Shown here in pieces: positions 29,961 through 45,181 of a stretch of 64,000 nucleotides of DNA; position 1 is the first letter of the stretch, and every line of letters starts with the position of its first letter. Location of the stretch: assembly GCA_964016885.1 (NCBI GenBank), contig OZ024742.1, positions 2,046,001 to 2,110,000 of the forward strand, written 5' to 3'. Origin of the DNA: Eledone cirrhosa. Taxonomy: Eukaryota. The translations under genes and the position numbers were made by a program. The notes beneath the pieces are model-generated. The model did no database searches. It was not told the DNA's origin and saw only the letters and a list, made by a program, of their open reading frames with translations.

Positions 29961-30138
29961 AGGTATAAATACTTTAAAGTATTTCTCTCTAATTATTCTG
30001 CCAATCCGCCCCCTCCGTCATATTAAAATAATGACACAATAAAATTATTTTACCGAACGGGAGAGAAAGAGGGGGACTTGACAAATTACTTTAAAAAGAG
30101 AGGGATTCTTTCTTTTCTTAGGCAGTCTAATTTCATGT

Positions 30139-30392
30139 CTGTAGTATCAGAGCTGTGATCTGTTGATTGTCTGTAGTATCAGAGCTGAGATCTCTCAATT
30201 ATCTGTAGTATCAGAGCTGTGATCTCTCTACTGTTTGTAGTATCAGAGCTGTGATCTCTCTACTGTTTGTAGTATCAGAGCTGTGATCTGTTGATTGTCT
30301 GTAGTATCAGAGCTGAGATCTCTCAATTATCTGTAGTATCAGAGCTGAGATCTCTCAATTGTTTGTAGTATCAGAGCTGTGATCTGTTGATT
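30139..30392. repeat. 32-bp minisatellite, ~8 copies
   Basis: ctgtagtatcagagctg(t/a)gatc... starts at 30139, 30171, 30203 etc.; three tail variants (tgttgattgt / tctcaattat / tctctactgt). Confidence 0.95.
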
Positions 30393-31044
30393 CGGAGAAG
30401 TAGCGGCTTTACGTGGAGCGACTTCAAGACCATTCAGAGAAGACCATTTCGACCGCTTGTATTCACGATCTTATTCTTTCGGTCACCCAAGATTGGTAAT
30501 GGTTGGTATGAATACCGAATTGACGATGACTAATTTGGCTTTTTATAGTTATTTCCCCTATTCTGATCACCGAGTGCTGATGTTGGTGCATTACTGCACC
30601 AGCTACTGCAATTCTTGCACATAATTCAACTTCCTACCTTCCATCACTCGTGAAAATGGCCCCGAGATCTCCCACTGATTCGATCGGATAAACTGGCGAT
30701 GATTGCTTCTGATGGGACTAGACGACAAGTTTACATGTGCGCACTTTCAATTTTATTTACCAAGCAATGAAACTTCCCCCACCCCCTCGAAAAACGTCAC
30801 ATGAAGCGTTCTCTTATGATCTGACCCTCTCTTTGTCGGCATATTTTCTTTCTCTCTCTCTCTCACCATCAGTCTTTCTATTTATCCCCCTTCCCACTTC
30901 TAACAGACACTCCCATGTTGAGAAAATCATGTTAACCATGAACAATAATTTATTAGATGTAACATTAGCCAGAACTTTAGAGCCGGTTGGTAGATTTCTC
31001 TTTTGGTGGGAGGGAGGGACGATGTCGCAGATTAAAAACACATG

Positions 31045-31135
<91 letters not shown>

Positions 31136-31622
31136 CACTTGAGTGATGGGTGTATTCAACCTAAAAAAACATTTTGTTGAAATTATATCCTTAATTAAAT
31201 TAATACTTCATTAGCTTTAATTAAAAGTCTTTGCAAAAAATAAAAATGTAAAGAGATCGAATTCCTAAGTTATAAATAACAAAACACTAATGACTTTCCT
31301 CCTAATTACAGGGATTTAAACTTTAGTTGATTAAACATTCAATTTAGTGTCTCACAATTTATAGAAAGTAGAGAACAGATTGTTTTCATGTAGTGAAGCT
31401 GAGACCGTTTCAATGGTCAAATAGAAGCCATCACACACACACACATATATATATACATACATAAGCACACACACATATATGTGTGCGTGTGTGATTGTTC
31501 GTGTCTTAGCGGTCCGACAAATAGAGATCGAGAAAATAAGTAACAGACTTGAAAGACAAACAAAACAAAAAGAGTAAAAGGATCAATGTAAACAAGTAAA
31601 GAACATTGAAGGCGATGTCCCA

Positions 31623-33217
31623 CCAGTATGGCCGCAGTCGGCTGAGAAGGGGTTCCAGTATGGCCGCAGTCGGCTGAGAAGGGGCTACAGCATGGCCGCA
31701 GTCGGCTGAGAAGGGGTTCCAGTATGGCCGCAGTCGGCTGAGAAGGGGTTCCAGCATGGCCGCAGTCGGCTGAGAAGGGGTTCCAGCATGGCCGCAGTCG
31801 GCTGAGAAAGGGTCCCAGCATGGCCACATTCGGCTGAGAAGGGGTCCCAGTATGGCCGCAGTCGGCTGAGAAGGGGTTCCAGTATGGCCGCAGTCGGCTG
31901 AGAAGGGGTTCCAGCATGGCCGCAGTCGGCTGAGAAAGGGTTCCAGCATGGCCGCAGTCGGCTGAGAAGGGGCTACAGCATGGCCGCAGTCGGCTGAGAA
32001 AGGGTTCCAGCATGGCCGCAGTCGGCTGAGAAGGGGCTACAGCATGGCCGCAGTCGGCTGAGAAGGGGTTCCAGCTTGGCCGCAGTCGGCTGAGAAGGGG
32101 TTCCAGCATGGCCGCAGTCGGCTGAGAAGGGGCTACAGCATGGCCGCAGTCGGCTGAGAAAGGGTTCCAGTATGGCCGCAGTCGGCTGAGAAGGGGCTAC
32201 AGCATGGCCGCAGTCGGCTGAGAAGGGGTTCCAGCATGGCCGCAGTCGGCTGAGAAGGGGTTCCAGCATGGCCGCAGTCGGCTGAGAAAGGGTCCCAGCA
32301 TGGCCACATTCGGCTGAGAAGGGGTCCCAGTATGGCCGCAGTTGGCTGAGAAGGGGTTCCAGCTTGGCCGCAGTCGGCTGAGAAGGGGTTCCAGCATGGC
32401 CGCAGTCGGCTGAGAAGGGGCTACAGCATGGCCGCAGTCGGCTGAGAAGGGGCTACAGCATGGCCGCAGTCGGCTGAGAAGGGGCTACAGCATGGCCGCA
32501 GTCGGCTGAGAAGGGGTTCCAGCATGGCCGCAGTCGGCTGAGAAGGGGCTACAGCATGGCCGCAGTCGGCTGAGAAGGGGTTCCAGCATGGCCGCAGTCG
32601 GCTGAGAAGGGGTTCCAGCATGGCCGCAGTCGGCTGAGAAGGGGCTACAGCATGGCCGCAGTCGGCTGAGAAGGGGCTACAGCATGGCCGCAGTCGGCTG
32701 AGAAAGGGTTCCAGCATGGCCGCAGTCGGCTGAGAAGGGGCTACAGCTTGGCCGCAGTCGGCTGAGAAGGGGCTACAGCATGGCCGCAGTCGGCTGAGAA
32801 GGGGCTACAGCTTGGCCGCAGTCGGCTGAGAAGGGGTTCCAGCATGGCCGCAGTCGGCTGAGAAGGGGCTACAGCATGGCCGCAGTCGGCTGAGAAGGGG
32901 CTACAGCATGGCCGCAGTCGGCTGAGAAGGGGCTACAGCATGGCCGCAGTCGGCTGAGAAGGGGTTCCAGCATGGCCGCAGTCGGCTGAGAAGGGGCTAC
33001 AGCTTGGCCGCAGTCGGCTGAGAAGGGGTTCCAGCATGGCCGCAGTCGGCTGAGAAGGGGCTACAGCATGGCCGCAGTCGGCTGAGAAGGGGCTACAGCA
33101 TGGCCGCAGTCGGCTGAGAAGGGGCTACAGCATGGCCGCAGTCGGCTGAGAAGGGGCTACAGCATGGCCGCAGTCGGCTGAGAAGGGGCTACAGCATGGC
33201 CGCAGTCGGCTGAGAAG
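31623..33217. repeat. GC-rich 32-bp minisatellite, ~50 copies
   Basis: Unit ccagcatggccgcagtcggctgagaaggggtt with ggttcc/ggctac/ggtccc variants; period 32 (31623 to 31655). Confidence 0.97.
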
Positions 33218-33516
33218 GACTTCAAGAATAAAAGAGTATAGAGAGACACGCCCTATTGCTATGGCAACAACAGTGTTGTGTTTGTTTATAAGGCAGATTG
33301 TAGGTCTCAATGATATGGGGGAGGGGGAGGGGAGGAAAGGGAAAGAAGGGAGAGAGAGAGAGGAAGGAAGAAAGAGAGAGATATAGAGAAAGAAAGGAAG
33401 AAAGAAAGGAAGGTAGAGAGAGAGAAAGGAAGAGAGAGAGTGAATAGTAAAGAATGAAAGAGGTTGAAAGAGAACAACGTCTGAAGAATGAAGCAGTTTT
33501 AGAACAGTAAGAGATG

Positions 33517-33652
33517 TTTACCAGAGGTGGCCCCAGAGATGGCCTCTTTACCAGAGATGACCTCATTACCAGAGATGTTTACCAGAGATAGCCTCATTAA
33601 CAGAGATGGTCTCATTACCAGAGATGGTCTCATTACCAGAGATGACCTCTTT
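33517..33652. repeat. degenerate ~18-bp tandem repeat
   Basis: ttaccagagatggtctca-like units, ~8 copies; a purine-rich GA tract lies just upstream (33320-33440). Confidence 0.85.
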
Positions 33653-34266
33653 AGCTCCATATCACTGAAGCTGGCTCAGCATATAGACACATTAAACAAT
33701 GTCAGTGTTTTTATTTTGGTCGACAATATATATATATATATACATACATATATACACACACACACACATATATATATCTATATCTCTCTCGCTCTCTCGC
33801 TCTCTCTCTATATATATATATAGAGAGAGAGAGAAATAGAGATAGGTAAAATCTGGACCGCGGTGCCAAGCGGTTACGGTCTGATATACCGTACCACATT
33901 ATTGTGATACACGCCAATATTATTTTAAATTATCCCCGTCTAAGTGTTGTCATTTGTTATTTGTAATTATTTTTATAAAAAAACATTTCTCCCCTGAAAT
34001 TCCTTCAAGTGGAAATATTTCTGTTTCTGGTCAGCTCCAGTAACTCCATTAATAATACATGTTACGTACAACATCAACAATGAGTTGTAATTTAAGATTT
34101 TAATTACCACATTCTGTGGTTTTGTATATGGGTGTATATTATATTACACACAGATTATCTCTCTTCCCATCCTCTCTCTATATATATATTTATATAAAAG
34201 TTAAATTATATAAGTTGATAATAGGGCATGTATTAATTGTTGAAACCTTGGTGATCTATTTTCTGT

Positions 34267-34341
<75 letters not shown>

Positions 34342-34423
34342 TCAAGGAAACATGACGAACATACAAGAGGATGCAATGACAGGACGTTTCACGCTCGGGG
34401 AAAGAAATATATATATATATATA

Positions 34424-37400
34424 TGAACCTGGCAAAAGAGATACAGAAAAACATTTTAGCCATCACCCAACACCATCCTTGCTGTCACTAACACACAATC
34501 TCAAAACAAGCCCTCTGCAACAGTGAAAACCAGCCACCACACTAGCCTCCACATTTTTACTCAATACACAAGGTATCAGCCTATCCATCAATGCACAGAA
34601 ATGGAAGATCCAATTCATTGAGGATTGGGTTGGTAACCATCCACACCACATCCCTTTCTTCATTCTTACTGAGACCCACCTTGACAACTCCCACTTGGAG
34701 GCCGAAGTAAAAGTGAGGAATTTCACAACCATCCGCGCTGATCGTGTTGGCAGAAGGAAGGGTGGAACTGCCATTTTCCTGCATGATTCCTTTACAGCAG
34801 ATGGTAACACAACATTCTCTAATGGCTACTGTGAATCAGTCACTGTGCACAACAAAGCCAATGACCTGATATTAGTTGGGCTCTATAGGCCACCACAAAC
34901 ACCCATAATCTGCTTCAAAGAATGCCTCAACAGTATTAAATGCTTTATTAAACAGTGCCATTCTAGCAACATACTTTTGATGGGAGACTTTAATCTACCC
35001 TGTGTTGATTGGTCTACAAACAGTTTGAAACTAGGCTCTCCAACCTCAACCACTGACAAAGAAGCAGTCGAGTCACTTCTTGATTTCATGAATGAGTTTT
35101 TCTTGTCCCAACTTGTCCTTGCACCAACAAGGCATCAGAATAACATTCTGGATCTAGTGTTTAGTAACCACAATAACACTATACATAATATTACAGTGGA
35201 AAAACCCTTCTCTCAGACCATGACATGGTTCTTTGTAACCTGAGATTCCACCAGCCGAAAGCTAATCCTAGGGACCTCTTTCCAGCTCACCCATTTGATA
35301 ACATGGATCTCTACAATGCCAACTGGGATGCAATTATGAACGAACTATCACATGTTGACTGGTCTTTTACACACTCACACATTTCCACCAACATCCAAAC
35401 ATTTTGGCAGATCTTTGTAGACACTGTCACAAATATATGTACAAAACACGCCCCACCCAAACCTGTGAACAAAACTAAGTGCAGTATCCCCAAAACAGAA
35501 AAACAATTATCAGAAAAATTAAAAGAACAAACAAAAAAAATTAACACACTAAAATACTGCCAACAGGAACACACACATTCAACGGTTATCACCCTGCTTG
35601 AGTCAAAAAAATATAACCTCCAACAATGCATGAAGAGAGGTGGGCCATTGAGAAAATGATGCTCAACCCCAAAGTGTTCTTTTCATTTGTTAAAAAACAC
35701 AAGGTCTCTGTCTCCACTGTTGGCCCACTAGTTGATGAAAATGGCACACTCCAAGATAATGCCAAGACCATGGGCGAGATACTGCAGAAACACTACTACT
35801 CTCTTTTCAGCAATCCTGATATGGCAAATCTGGGCTGTATCAGTGATGTTAATCCCCAGCACACTATATCGGGCATAACGTTTGGCGCTCCTGATGTCTT
35901 AGCGGCAATAAACGAAATTAAACACAATTCAGCAGTAGGCCCCGACAGGTTCCCTGCTTGTGTCCTGAAGGTGTGTCGACACCAACTTGCATCTCCTCTT
36001 GCTAATCTGTGGAGGAACTCACTGGACACTGTCTATATTCCTGAAAATCTTCTGTCCCAGTCTTCAAAAAGAGAAATAAGTCCCTTGCAGTGAACTACCG
36101 TCCGATCTCACTTACCTCTCATATTATCAAGGTATTTGAGAGGGTGGTAAGATCACGAATAACCCACTTTCTTGAAAGCAACGGCCTGCTGAACTCCAAC
36201 CAACATGGGTTCCGTAATGGAAGGGACTGTCTAACGCAGCTCCTGCATCACTTTGACAATGTCTTGAGAGCCTTGGGAGAGGGCTCTAACACTGATGTCA
36301 TCTACCTTGATTTCAGCAAGGCCTTTGACAGGGTTGATTATAAGATTCTATTGAAAAACTATCCAATATTGGTGTCTCTGGAAAGCTACTACAGTGGATC
36401 AAATGTTTCCTGACAGACAGAACCCAAGGTGTTGTAGTCGAAGGAGTAAAATCAAGCCCTGCCAAAGTCAGCAGTGGCGTCCCACAAGGCACTGTGTTGA
36501 GCCCACTTCTTTTCATCATCTACATTAATGACATTACTGACATCATCAAGCACAGTAACATAAGAATCTTCGGAGATGATTCCAAGCTTCAAAGGGTCAT
36601 CAATGAGATGAGTGACCGAACTTGCCTTCAGTCAGACCTACTGGCTGTTATCCAATGGGCAGAAAAGAATAATATGCTGTTGAATAAGGATAAGTTTGAA
36701 TTAATCCACTTTGGAAAAAAGGATGCCCTGAAACTACTATACTCTCTTCCTTCAGGTGAAACTCTAGAGGCATCCAATAACATCAGAGACCTGGGAGTAA
36801 TTGTGGACAACAACATAAGCTGGGCCACTCATATAAACAGCAAAGTTGACATGGCCCGCAGAATGTGTTCCTGGATTCTTAGAACTTTCCAGTTGAGAGA
36901 TATCCACACTGTTATCCTTCTCTTCTCCACTTTTGCCCGACCCCACCTTGAATACTGTTGTCCACTGTGGTCTCCCCACACGAAACAAAGTATCATGAAA
37001 GTTGAAGCACCCCAAAGATCGATTACAAAAAAGATAGATGGCATGACAGGCCTTGACTATTGGAGTCGATTAGAAAAGCTCAACCTTTATTCTCTCCAAC
37101 GTCGCCGTGAGCGCTACATTATCTGTATGATGTGGAAAATATTCCATCATTTGCCCAAATGATGTTGGCATCACCTTTAATGTACACCCAAGTCGTGCTA
37201 TCCGCCCACGACAAAAACCCCACTCGCATCTCATAACAACAATCTTTAATATTACACCAAAACACATTAAAACCGAAACAGACCCCATCAAGTTCAAGAA
37301 GCTTTTGGACAAATTCCTTCAAGAGGTCCCGGATAAGCCTCCTACACCCGGATACGCCTCCGTAAACAATAAATCTGCTCCAGTGGGCCATGGTGCCCAA

Positions 37401-37492
37401 ACACTGATTTTTAAGACTTCGCCAGGTGGTGCTATTAAGGTAGACATGACCTGGGCCAATACTGGCCAAAACCTATCAAAGTTATCAAAGTT
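34424..37492 (+). mobile_element. non-LTR retrotransposon (CR1/L2-group LINE), 5'-truncated; ORF2 APE endonuclease + reverse transcriptase broken by several frameshifts
   Basis: APE motifs LNTQG, LTETHL, GLYRPP, MGDFNLP, LDLVFSN (34527-35240); RT motifs NYRPISLTS, QHGFR, YLDFSKAFD, SGVPQG, FGDDSKL, RPHLEYCCPLWSP; 3' tail tatcaaagt x2; (TA)n on both sides. Confidence 0.93.
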
Positions 37493-37699
37493 ATATATAT
37501 ATTTATTTATTTATTTATTTATTCGTGGTTGTTGCGGTTCGGTTTGGTGTGCCGTGTTTAGGATGGTGGGTGGTCTGCGTTTGGTTTGTCGAATTTGGAG
37601 GTTGAATACGGTTTGGTTTGCCATGAGTCATGTGTACAAGTTGGTGTTTGGATTAGGGTGTCTGCGGGCAGACTGGAGCAATAAAGGTCATATTTCTGA

Positions 37700-37900
37700 T
37701 TTAGGCACATGGTCAATAATTTTGAGGAAGGAGAAAGTCGGTTACATCGATCCCTAGTACGTTACTGGAACTTCATTTATCGATCCCGTAAAGAAGAAAG
37801 GGAAAGCTAACCTCGGCAGGATTTTAACTAAAAACGTAAAGGGGCGTAACTCTATGTTACAAATCAGGTTGCCCAATGCTCTACTGATTGCTGCCATTCA
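37700..37900 (-). mobile_element. degenerate tRNA-derived SINE
   Basis: atttatcgatcccgtaaagaagaaagggaaagctaacctcggcaggattttaact matches the reverse complement of the SINE core. Confidence 0.7.
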
Positions 37901-38133
37901 ACCGCCCAGCAAATTATATATATATATATATAAGCCTGAAATGCATAGACGGTTGTCCACCTTGCTTCTGGTGGACACCACCAGAGGGCGTTAGCGCATG
38001 TGTTTGCATAGCTACGGCTTCCGAAAACCGTATTTCTTTAGAAATAAGAAATTTCTATACATACTTGTATAAAGCTATGCTTGAAGCGAAATCTTACTTA
38101 TTTCTTTTATATATATATATGTATATATCTATA

Positions 38134-38178
<45 letters not shown>

Positions 38179-38300
38179 TTGTGTATGTGTGTGTGTGTGT
38201 GTGTGTGTGTTCAGAAAAGGTTGTTTTGGTAAAAACAGGAGTAAGCAAGAGAATGCTCTCAACAATCGTAGTTTTTAGTTACGATGGAGAATTTGATAAC

Positions 38301-38707
38301 ATAACCAAATAAGATGCTGAGGTTACATATATCGTTTAATCATTATAATTATTTCCACGGTTCTCCATGCATTTGCTGTTGATTATTAGAACGGTATCCT
38401 CAGATGAATATCCGATATGTTTCATATGTCGCTGGCAGGAAAAAACACACGTCCTACTGCTTGTGCGTCCAGCAGACATATGAGTTCCTTGAAGGGTTTG
38501 CCAGCCGTCGTGTTTGGTAAAAAAATCTATCAAGGAAAAAAAACTATGAACGAAAAAAGCGAAAAAACTGTGTGTAGTCAAAGCCCAGTAGACAGTGGAA
38601 GCAATAAATGGAGTTCTGAGGGAGGGTGGGGTATACAAAATGTATGGAGAACCGTGGAAATAATTATAATGATTAAACGATATATGTAACCTCAGCATCT
38701 TATTTTG

Positions 38708-38711
<4 letters not shown>
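38301..38711. mobile_element. MITE-like element with ~74-bp terminal inverted repeats
   Basis: 38301-38374 (ataaccaaataagatgctgaggttac...ttctccatgcattt) is the near-perfect reverse complement of 38638-38711; right end abuts (TA)n. Confidence 0.8.
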
Positions 38712-38769
<58 letters not shown>

Positions 38770-38804
38770 TCTATGTAAAGATACTTGAACCCTCTATTTT
38801 CGAC

Positions 38805-39075
38805 AAACAATAAGAACACCAACAATAACAACAGCACCAACAATAACAACATCACCACCAACACCACCAACAACAATAACAAGATCAACAACAACAATAA
38901 CAACAACAACAACACCAACACCAGCACCACCACCACCACCACCACCACAAACAACAACAACAACAACAATAACAACACCACCACCAACAACAATAACAGC
39001 ACAAACAGCAACAATAACAACAATAACACCACCAACAACAACAGTAACAACACCACCAACAACAACAACACAAAT
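38805..39075. repeat. imperfect (AAC/ACC/AAT)n trinucleotide microsatellite
   Basis: Direct inspection; explains the poly-N/T and poly-L/V ORFs. Confidence 0.95.
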
Positions 39076-40315
39076 CAAATTCGGGTTAATGTGACCTCAG
39101 ATATATTTTTCACCTCATATCAAAACAATAATCAACGTCGCCTTCCATAGTCAACCAATTTCAGGGCTGACTTGTTACGTGATAATAATTTAATGGAGGT
39201 GAAACGCTAAACAAATTATGTTATTTAAAACTAATTGATGTATTTGTTGTATTTTAAATAAACAAAGAGAAAGGAACAGACAATCAACTTCGTAGAGATA
39301 GGGATGTTATTTCAGTTTAGCAACAGTTGTAGTGTAGTTTTCCATCGTGTTGACGTGTAAATTGAAAACTTATGAACTAACTGACATTAGAGAATATATT
39401 GGTAGAGAAAGAGCTGACAACCAACCTATGAAACCTGGATGTTGGTATTTAGAACTTTAAATTGCCGATCTACCAACCTAAATTAGAGTGTGCCTCCATC
39501 ACGGAACCATGGTTCAATTAAGCACTCTTGCTTTATTAATACATTTTGATCTGCTTAACTTCAATGACTTTGCTTGTAAATAACATTATTTTTTTCTTCC
39601 ACATTGACTTTTTACGTTCCACATTATGCACGTTTTTTTTTCCTTTTTCTTTTTTCTTTTCACTTCTTAAACCTTGTTTGTATATAACATTATTCTTTCT
39701 GCACCTTCTGTTTAACATGTGCGACACAACACTAATACATTTCACTATCATTTGATAATGCATATAAATGCAAAAACCGGTAATCGACAATAATTAAATA
39801 TATAAATAGATAAATAAATGCCATTGTTAAATAATAAATAAATCAACTAATACCTTAACACTTCACACAAAGTAAAACATTTCGTTTTATTCCTTTTCTA
39901 ACCAACAAAAAAGAGAGAGAGAAACAAAAAAGGGAAAAAAAAAATTTATATTCCTCATAATCGTCTCTTTCTTCCTGTTTTCATATATATATATATATAC
40001 TACAGAGTAAAGCATGTCCAGAGAATTATTTGATAATATATATACATCATCTCTACTCCCAATCAGCATAATTAACCACACAAAAAATCAATTAGACCAG
40101 GTTATAAGAGTAAAAGTCATCTATGAAGAAACAGTAAATAAATATACCATTGCGGCGTCTTCGTGCACAACCGCTATAGAATATTTACCCAACATTTCAA
40201 CAGCACGTGTAAATTAATTAAATATACGGTCAACCATACATAATTAGGTAAAAATTAATGTTAGAAATGCTTATATATATACCAGGATTATATATATATA
40301 TATATATATATATAA

Positions 40316-40451
40316 TAAAGGAATTGTGGTAAGGAACCAGATGGACCATAACGCACCAGAGTACTCAATACTTAGGGTAGTAGAGTGGGAAATAGGAAAA
40401 GGTATGACCCCGACGGCAGAGCTCTGCCGTTTCGACGGGGTCATACCTTTT

Positions 40452-40456
<5 letters not shown>
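40316..40456 (+). repeat. short hairpin-terminated interspersed repeat embedded in (TA)n
   Basis: Shares ~65 bp (ggaattgtggtaaggaaccag...cttagggtagta) with 59630-59780 on the opposite strand; ends in the palindrome ataggaaaaggtatgacccc...ggggtcataccttttcctat. Confidence 0.8.
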
Positions 40457-40506
<50 letters not shown>

Positions 40507-41651
40507 AATACTCCGTTTTACATCATCTAGCTGTTCCCTTGAATGGAATTGGAGATATACTAAAAAATTTATTGGACCGTTTTGCACAACCAATAATACA
40601 CCTTACTATATAACAACTATATATATATATGTTAGGTAATTCCGAAGGAAAAGCAAAGGAAAAAAGAGTGCTCTATGTATAGAACAGAGCTATTGAATTA
40701 GAAAGTGAACAACACAAAATAATACTACTCCATTACCAAAGGTTTCTGAATCCCAGACGATAATAATATAAGTCTGAATCGGTCGTCAGCTATATGGATA
40801 AACCCCGGTTAAGGCTTCCCACAACGCCCCGCACCCCTGTAGGGCCCCTACACCCCGTACCAATGACCAATGGACAACAACAACCACCCATAGTTTGTGG
40901 TCCCTATGGTGGATGGTCCACCGGATCCTCTACTGGTTAGGAGTCATCAAGACCACGTTTTATTGAACCTGATTTTATATATATATATATTATATGTATA
41001 TATATTTTATATGTGTATATATTTTATATATATATATGTATTTTATATATATATATATTTTATATATATATGTATTTTATGTATATATATATGTATTTTA
41101 TATATATATATATATACTTGTGCGTACATATATATACACCTGTATGGATTTGTGTGTGTAGATGTGTGTGTGTCTGAGGGGGTAGGTGTGAGTGTATGTA
41201 CAAGTGAACCAGCATAAACCTTTTATTTCTAAAGTTTCTAAACTATCTAAGTATTGGACTCTAACCATTATATTAAGTATTACCACCCCACATTAATTCC
41301 TCAATTTGTATGTGTGGATGTGTGTGTGTGTCTGTGGAGGTGGGTGTGACTGTATGTGCAAGCCAACCTACATAAGTCTTTTTATTTGTAAATTTTCTAC
41401 TCATACCATAAATTTTAGTAGCACCACTCCACATAAATTCCTCAATTTAAGAATGACCTGTAGTATTCATACTATTAACCTTATTTGAATATATATCTGA
41501 CCAGGAATGCCTTTTGTGAAAATCAGTCATATGGAACTATTGTCATCTTGCCTGACGGTTTGAACTTTACAACACCATCTGCCTCTTTGAGATCAAATAC
41601 CAACCCTACTAGCATCTACAAACTGACCAATGAGAATTAAGACTATTCCTG

Positions 41652-41830
41652 CAGTATCGGTAGAGGATCAGACACCATGCTTTCCAGCATAGTTACGTCC
41701 CTTTACGATCTAAGTTCAAATCCCGCCGAGGTTGACTTTGCCTTTCATCCTTACGGGGTCGATAAAATAAAGTACCAGTAATGCACTGGGATAATTAATG
41801 GCCTTGTGCCAAAAGTAGAAACAAATATTA
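41652..41830 (+). mobile_element. tRNA-derived SINE
   Basis: cagtatcggtagag (A-box-like), aagttcaaatccc (B-box-like), core gaggttgactttgcctttcatcc...gtcgataaaataaagtaccag; closely matches 49485-49666. Confidence 0.85.
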
Positions 41831-41848
41831 AATTATTCCTAACAAGCT

Positions 41849-42013
41849 CATATGTCCCAAGGCTCTGATACCATCAACATTATAAACACAGAGCTGGCAT
41901 ATCTAAGAACTGAGTAACTGCCTGATGAGGTCATAGCCATTCAATGGCTATCATCGACATATATATAGCAGTAAATAAAGGATTATGAGTTCATGCAATT
42001 GACTTATGTTTCG

Positions 42014-42019
<6 letters not shown>
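41849..42019 (+). mobile_element. ~170-bp HHR-bearing repeat (PLE pLTR-like fragment), copy 1
   Basis: Near-identical reverse complement at 61171-61341; AATAAA after the HHR; ends in (TA)n. Confidence 0.8.
41917..41972 (+). ncRNA. type I hammerhead ribozyme, probably inactivated (GAAA to GACA)
   Basis: actgc-CTGATGA-stem II (ggtcatagccat/tca/atggctatcatc)-GACA-tatataTA-gcagt. Confidence 0.75.
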
Positions 42020-42052
<33 letters not shown>

Positions 42053-42139
42053 ATAATAATAAATTTGAAGACTAAAATCCAAAGAGGGCTCGATAAGGAT
42101 AAATATATATCAAATATATAAGAACCCTAGAGCAAATAT

Positions 42140-42392
42140 TTATACCATAAACGTGGTTTTGTTTTTGCATGTAATTGTTCTCTTCGTGCCACATAATGGC
42201 GTATTATCTTCGCTTTTTTCAGTTCATTGCCAGGGAACGTCTCCACAAACCAAAGTATCGTCTTCCTGTTGTCCTTCGGTTGCAACGTTTTTCGAAATAT
42301 TTACTTCTGCGTTAACAGATTGACTTTGTTAGTTTCAGAAGATCCCATTAAGGGTGAAAGCAGCGATTCTTTGCTTAAAATTTAATCTGTTA

Positions 42393-42398
<6 letters not shown>
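42140..42398 (+). repeat. R1 interspersed repeat (~260 bp) ending in a variant hammerhead-like fold; other copies at 45058, 47312(-), 51364, 52618(-)
   Basis: Shared ...gttcattgccagggaacgt...ttcggttgcaacgtttttcgaaatatttac...agtttcagaagatccc...gaaagcagcgattctttgcttaaa...aatctgtta sequence. Confidence 0.85.
42313..42392 (+). ncRNA. candidate variant type I hammerhead ribozyme (CAGAAGA core)
   Basis: Distal stem I taacagattga/ttaatctgtta, proximal stem I agttt/aaa(a/c)t, CAGAAGA, stem II ccc/ggg, GAAA, stem III agca/tgct, putative cleavage triplet CUU. Confidence 0.5.
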
Positions 42399-42466
<68 letters not shown>

Positions 42467-42468
42467 GT

Positions 42469-42512
<44 letters not shown>

Positions 42513-42571
42513 GTTAAATATATATATATATTCAGTTATATATTCAGTATACATATATATATATATTCAGT

Positions 42572-45001
<2,430 letters not shown>

Positions 45002-45057
45002 GTTAAATATATATATATATTCAGTTATATATTCAGTATACATATATATATATATTC

Positions 45058-45121
45058 AGTTTCAGAAGATCGCGTTAAGTGTGAAAGCAGCGATTCTTTG
45101 CTTAAACTTTAATCTGTTATC

Positions 45122-45125
<4 letters not shown>
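45058..45125 (+). repeat. R1 3' fragment consisting of the variant hammerhead-like fold
   Basis: agttt-CAGAAGA-t-cgc/gttaa/gtg-t-GAAA-gca...tgc-TT-aaact-ttaatctgtta, followed by (TA)n. Confidence 0.8.

Positions 45126-45179
<54 letters not shown>

Positions 45180-45181
<2 letters not shown>

Noticed and set aside
30393-30760. Unique moderately GC-rich stretch, possible exon
   Set aside because: No recognisable protein motif or convincing ORF/splice structure by eye
1-33217. CRISPR-like appearance of the 75-bp and 32-bp arrays
   Set aside because: No unique spacers, no cas genes, eukaryotic context
31417-33310. ORFs over the GC-rich minisatellite
   Set aside because: The 32-bp period cycles through frames; repeat translation only
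33850-33920. tRNA/SINE-head-like gaccgcggtgccaagcggttacgg
   Set aside because: No B-box or cloverleaf
34340-34407. 3' half of a hammerhead (minus strand GAAACGUC) between TA tracts
   Set aside because: CUGANGA half absent; cannot be supported
38385-38440. GAAA...CUGAGGA words on the minus strand inside the MITE
   Set aside because: Required helices do not pair
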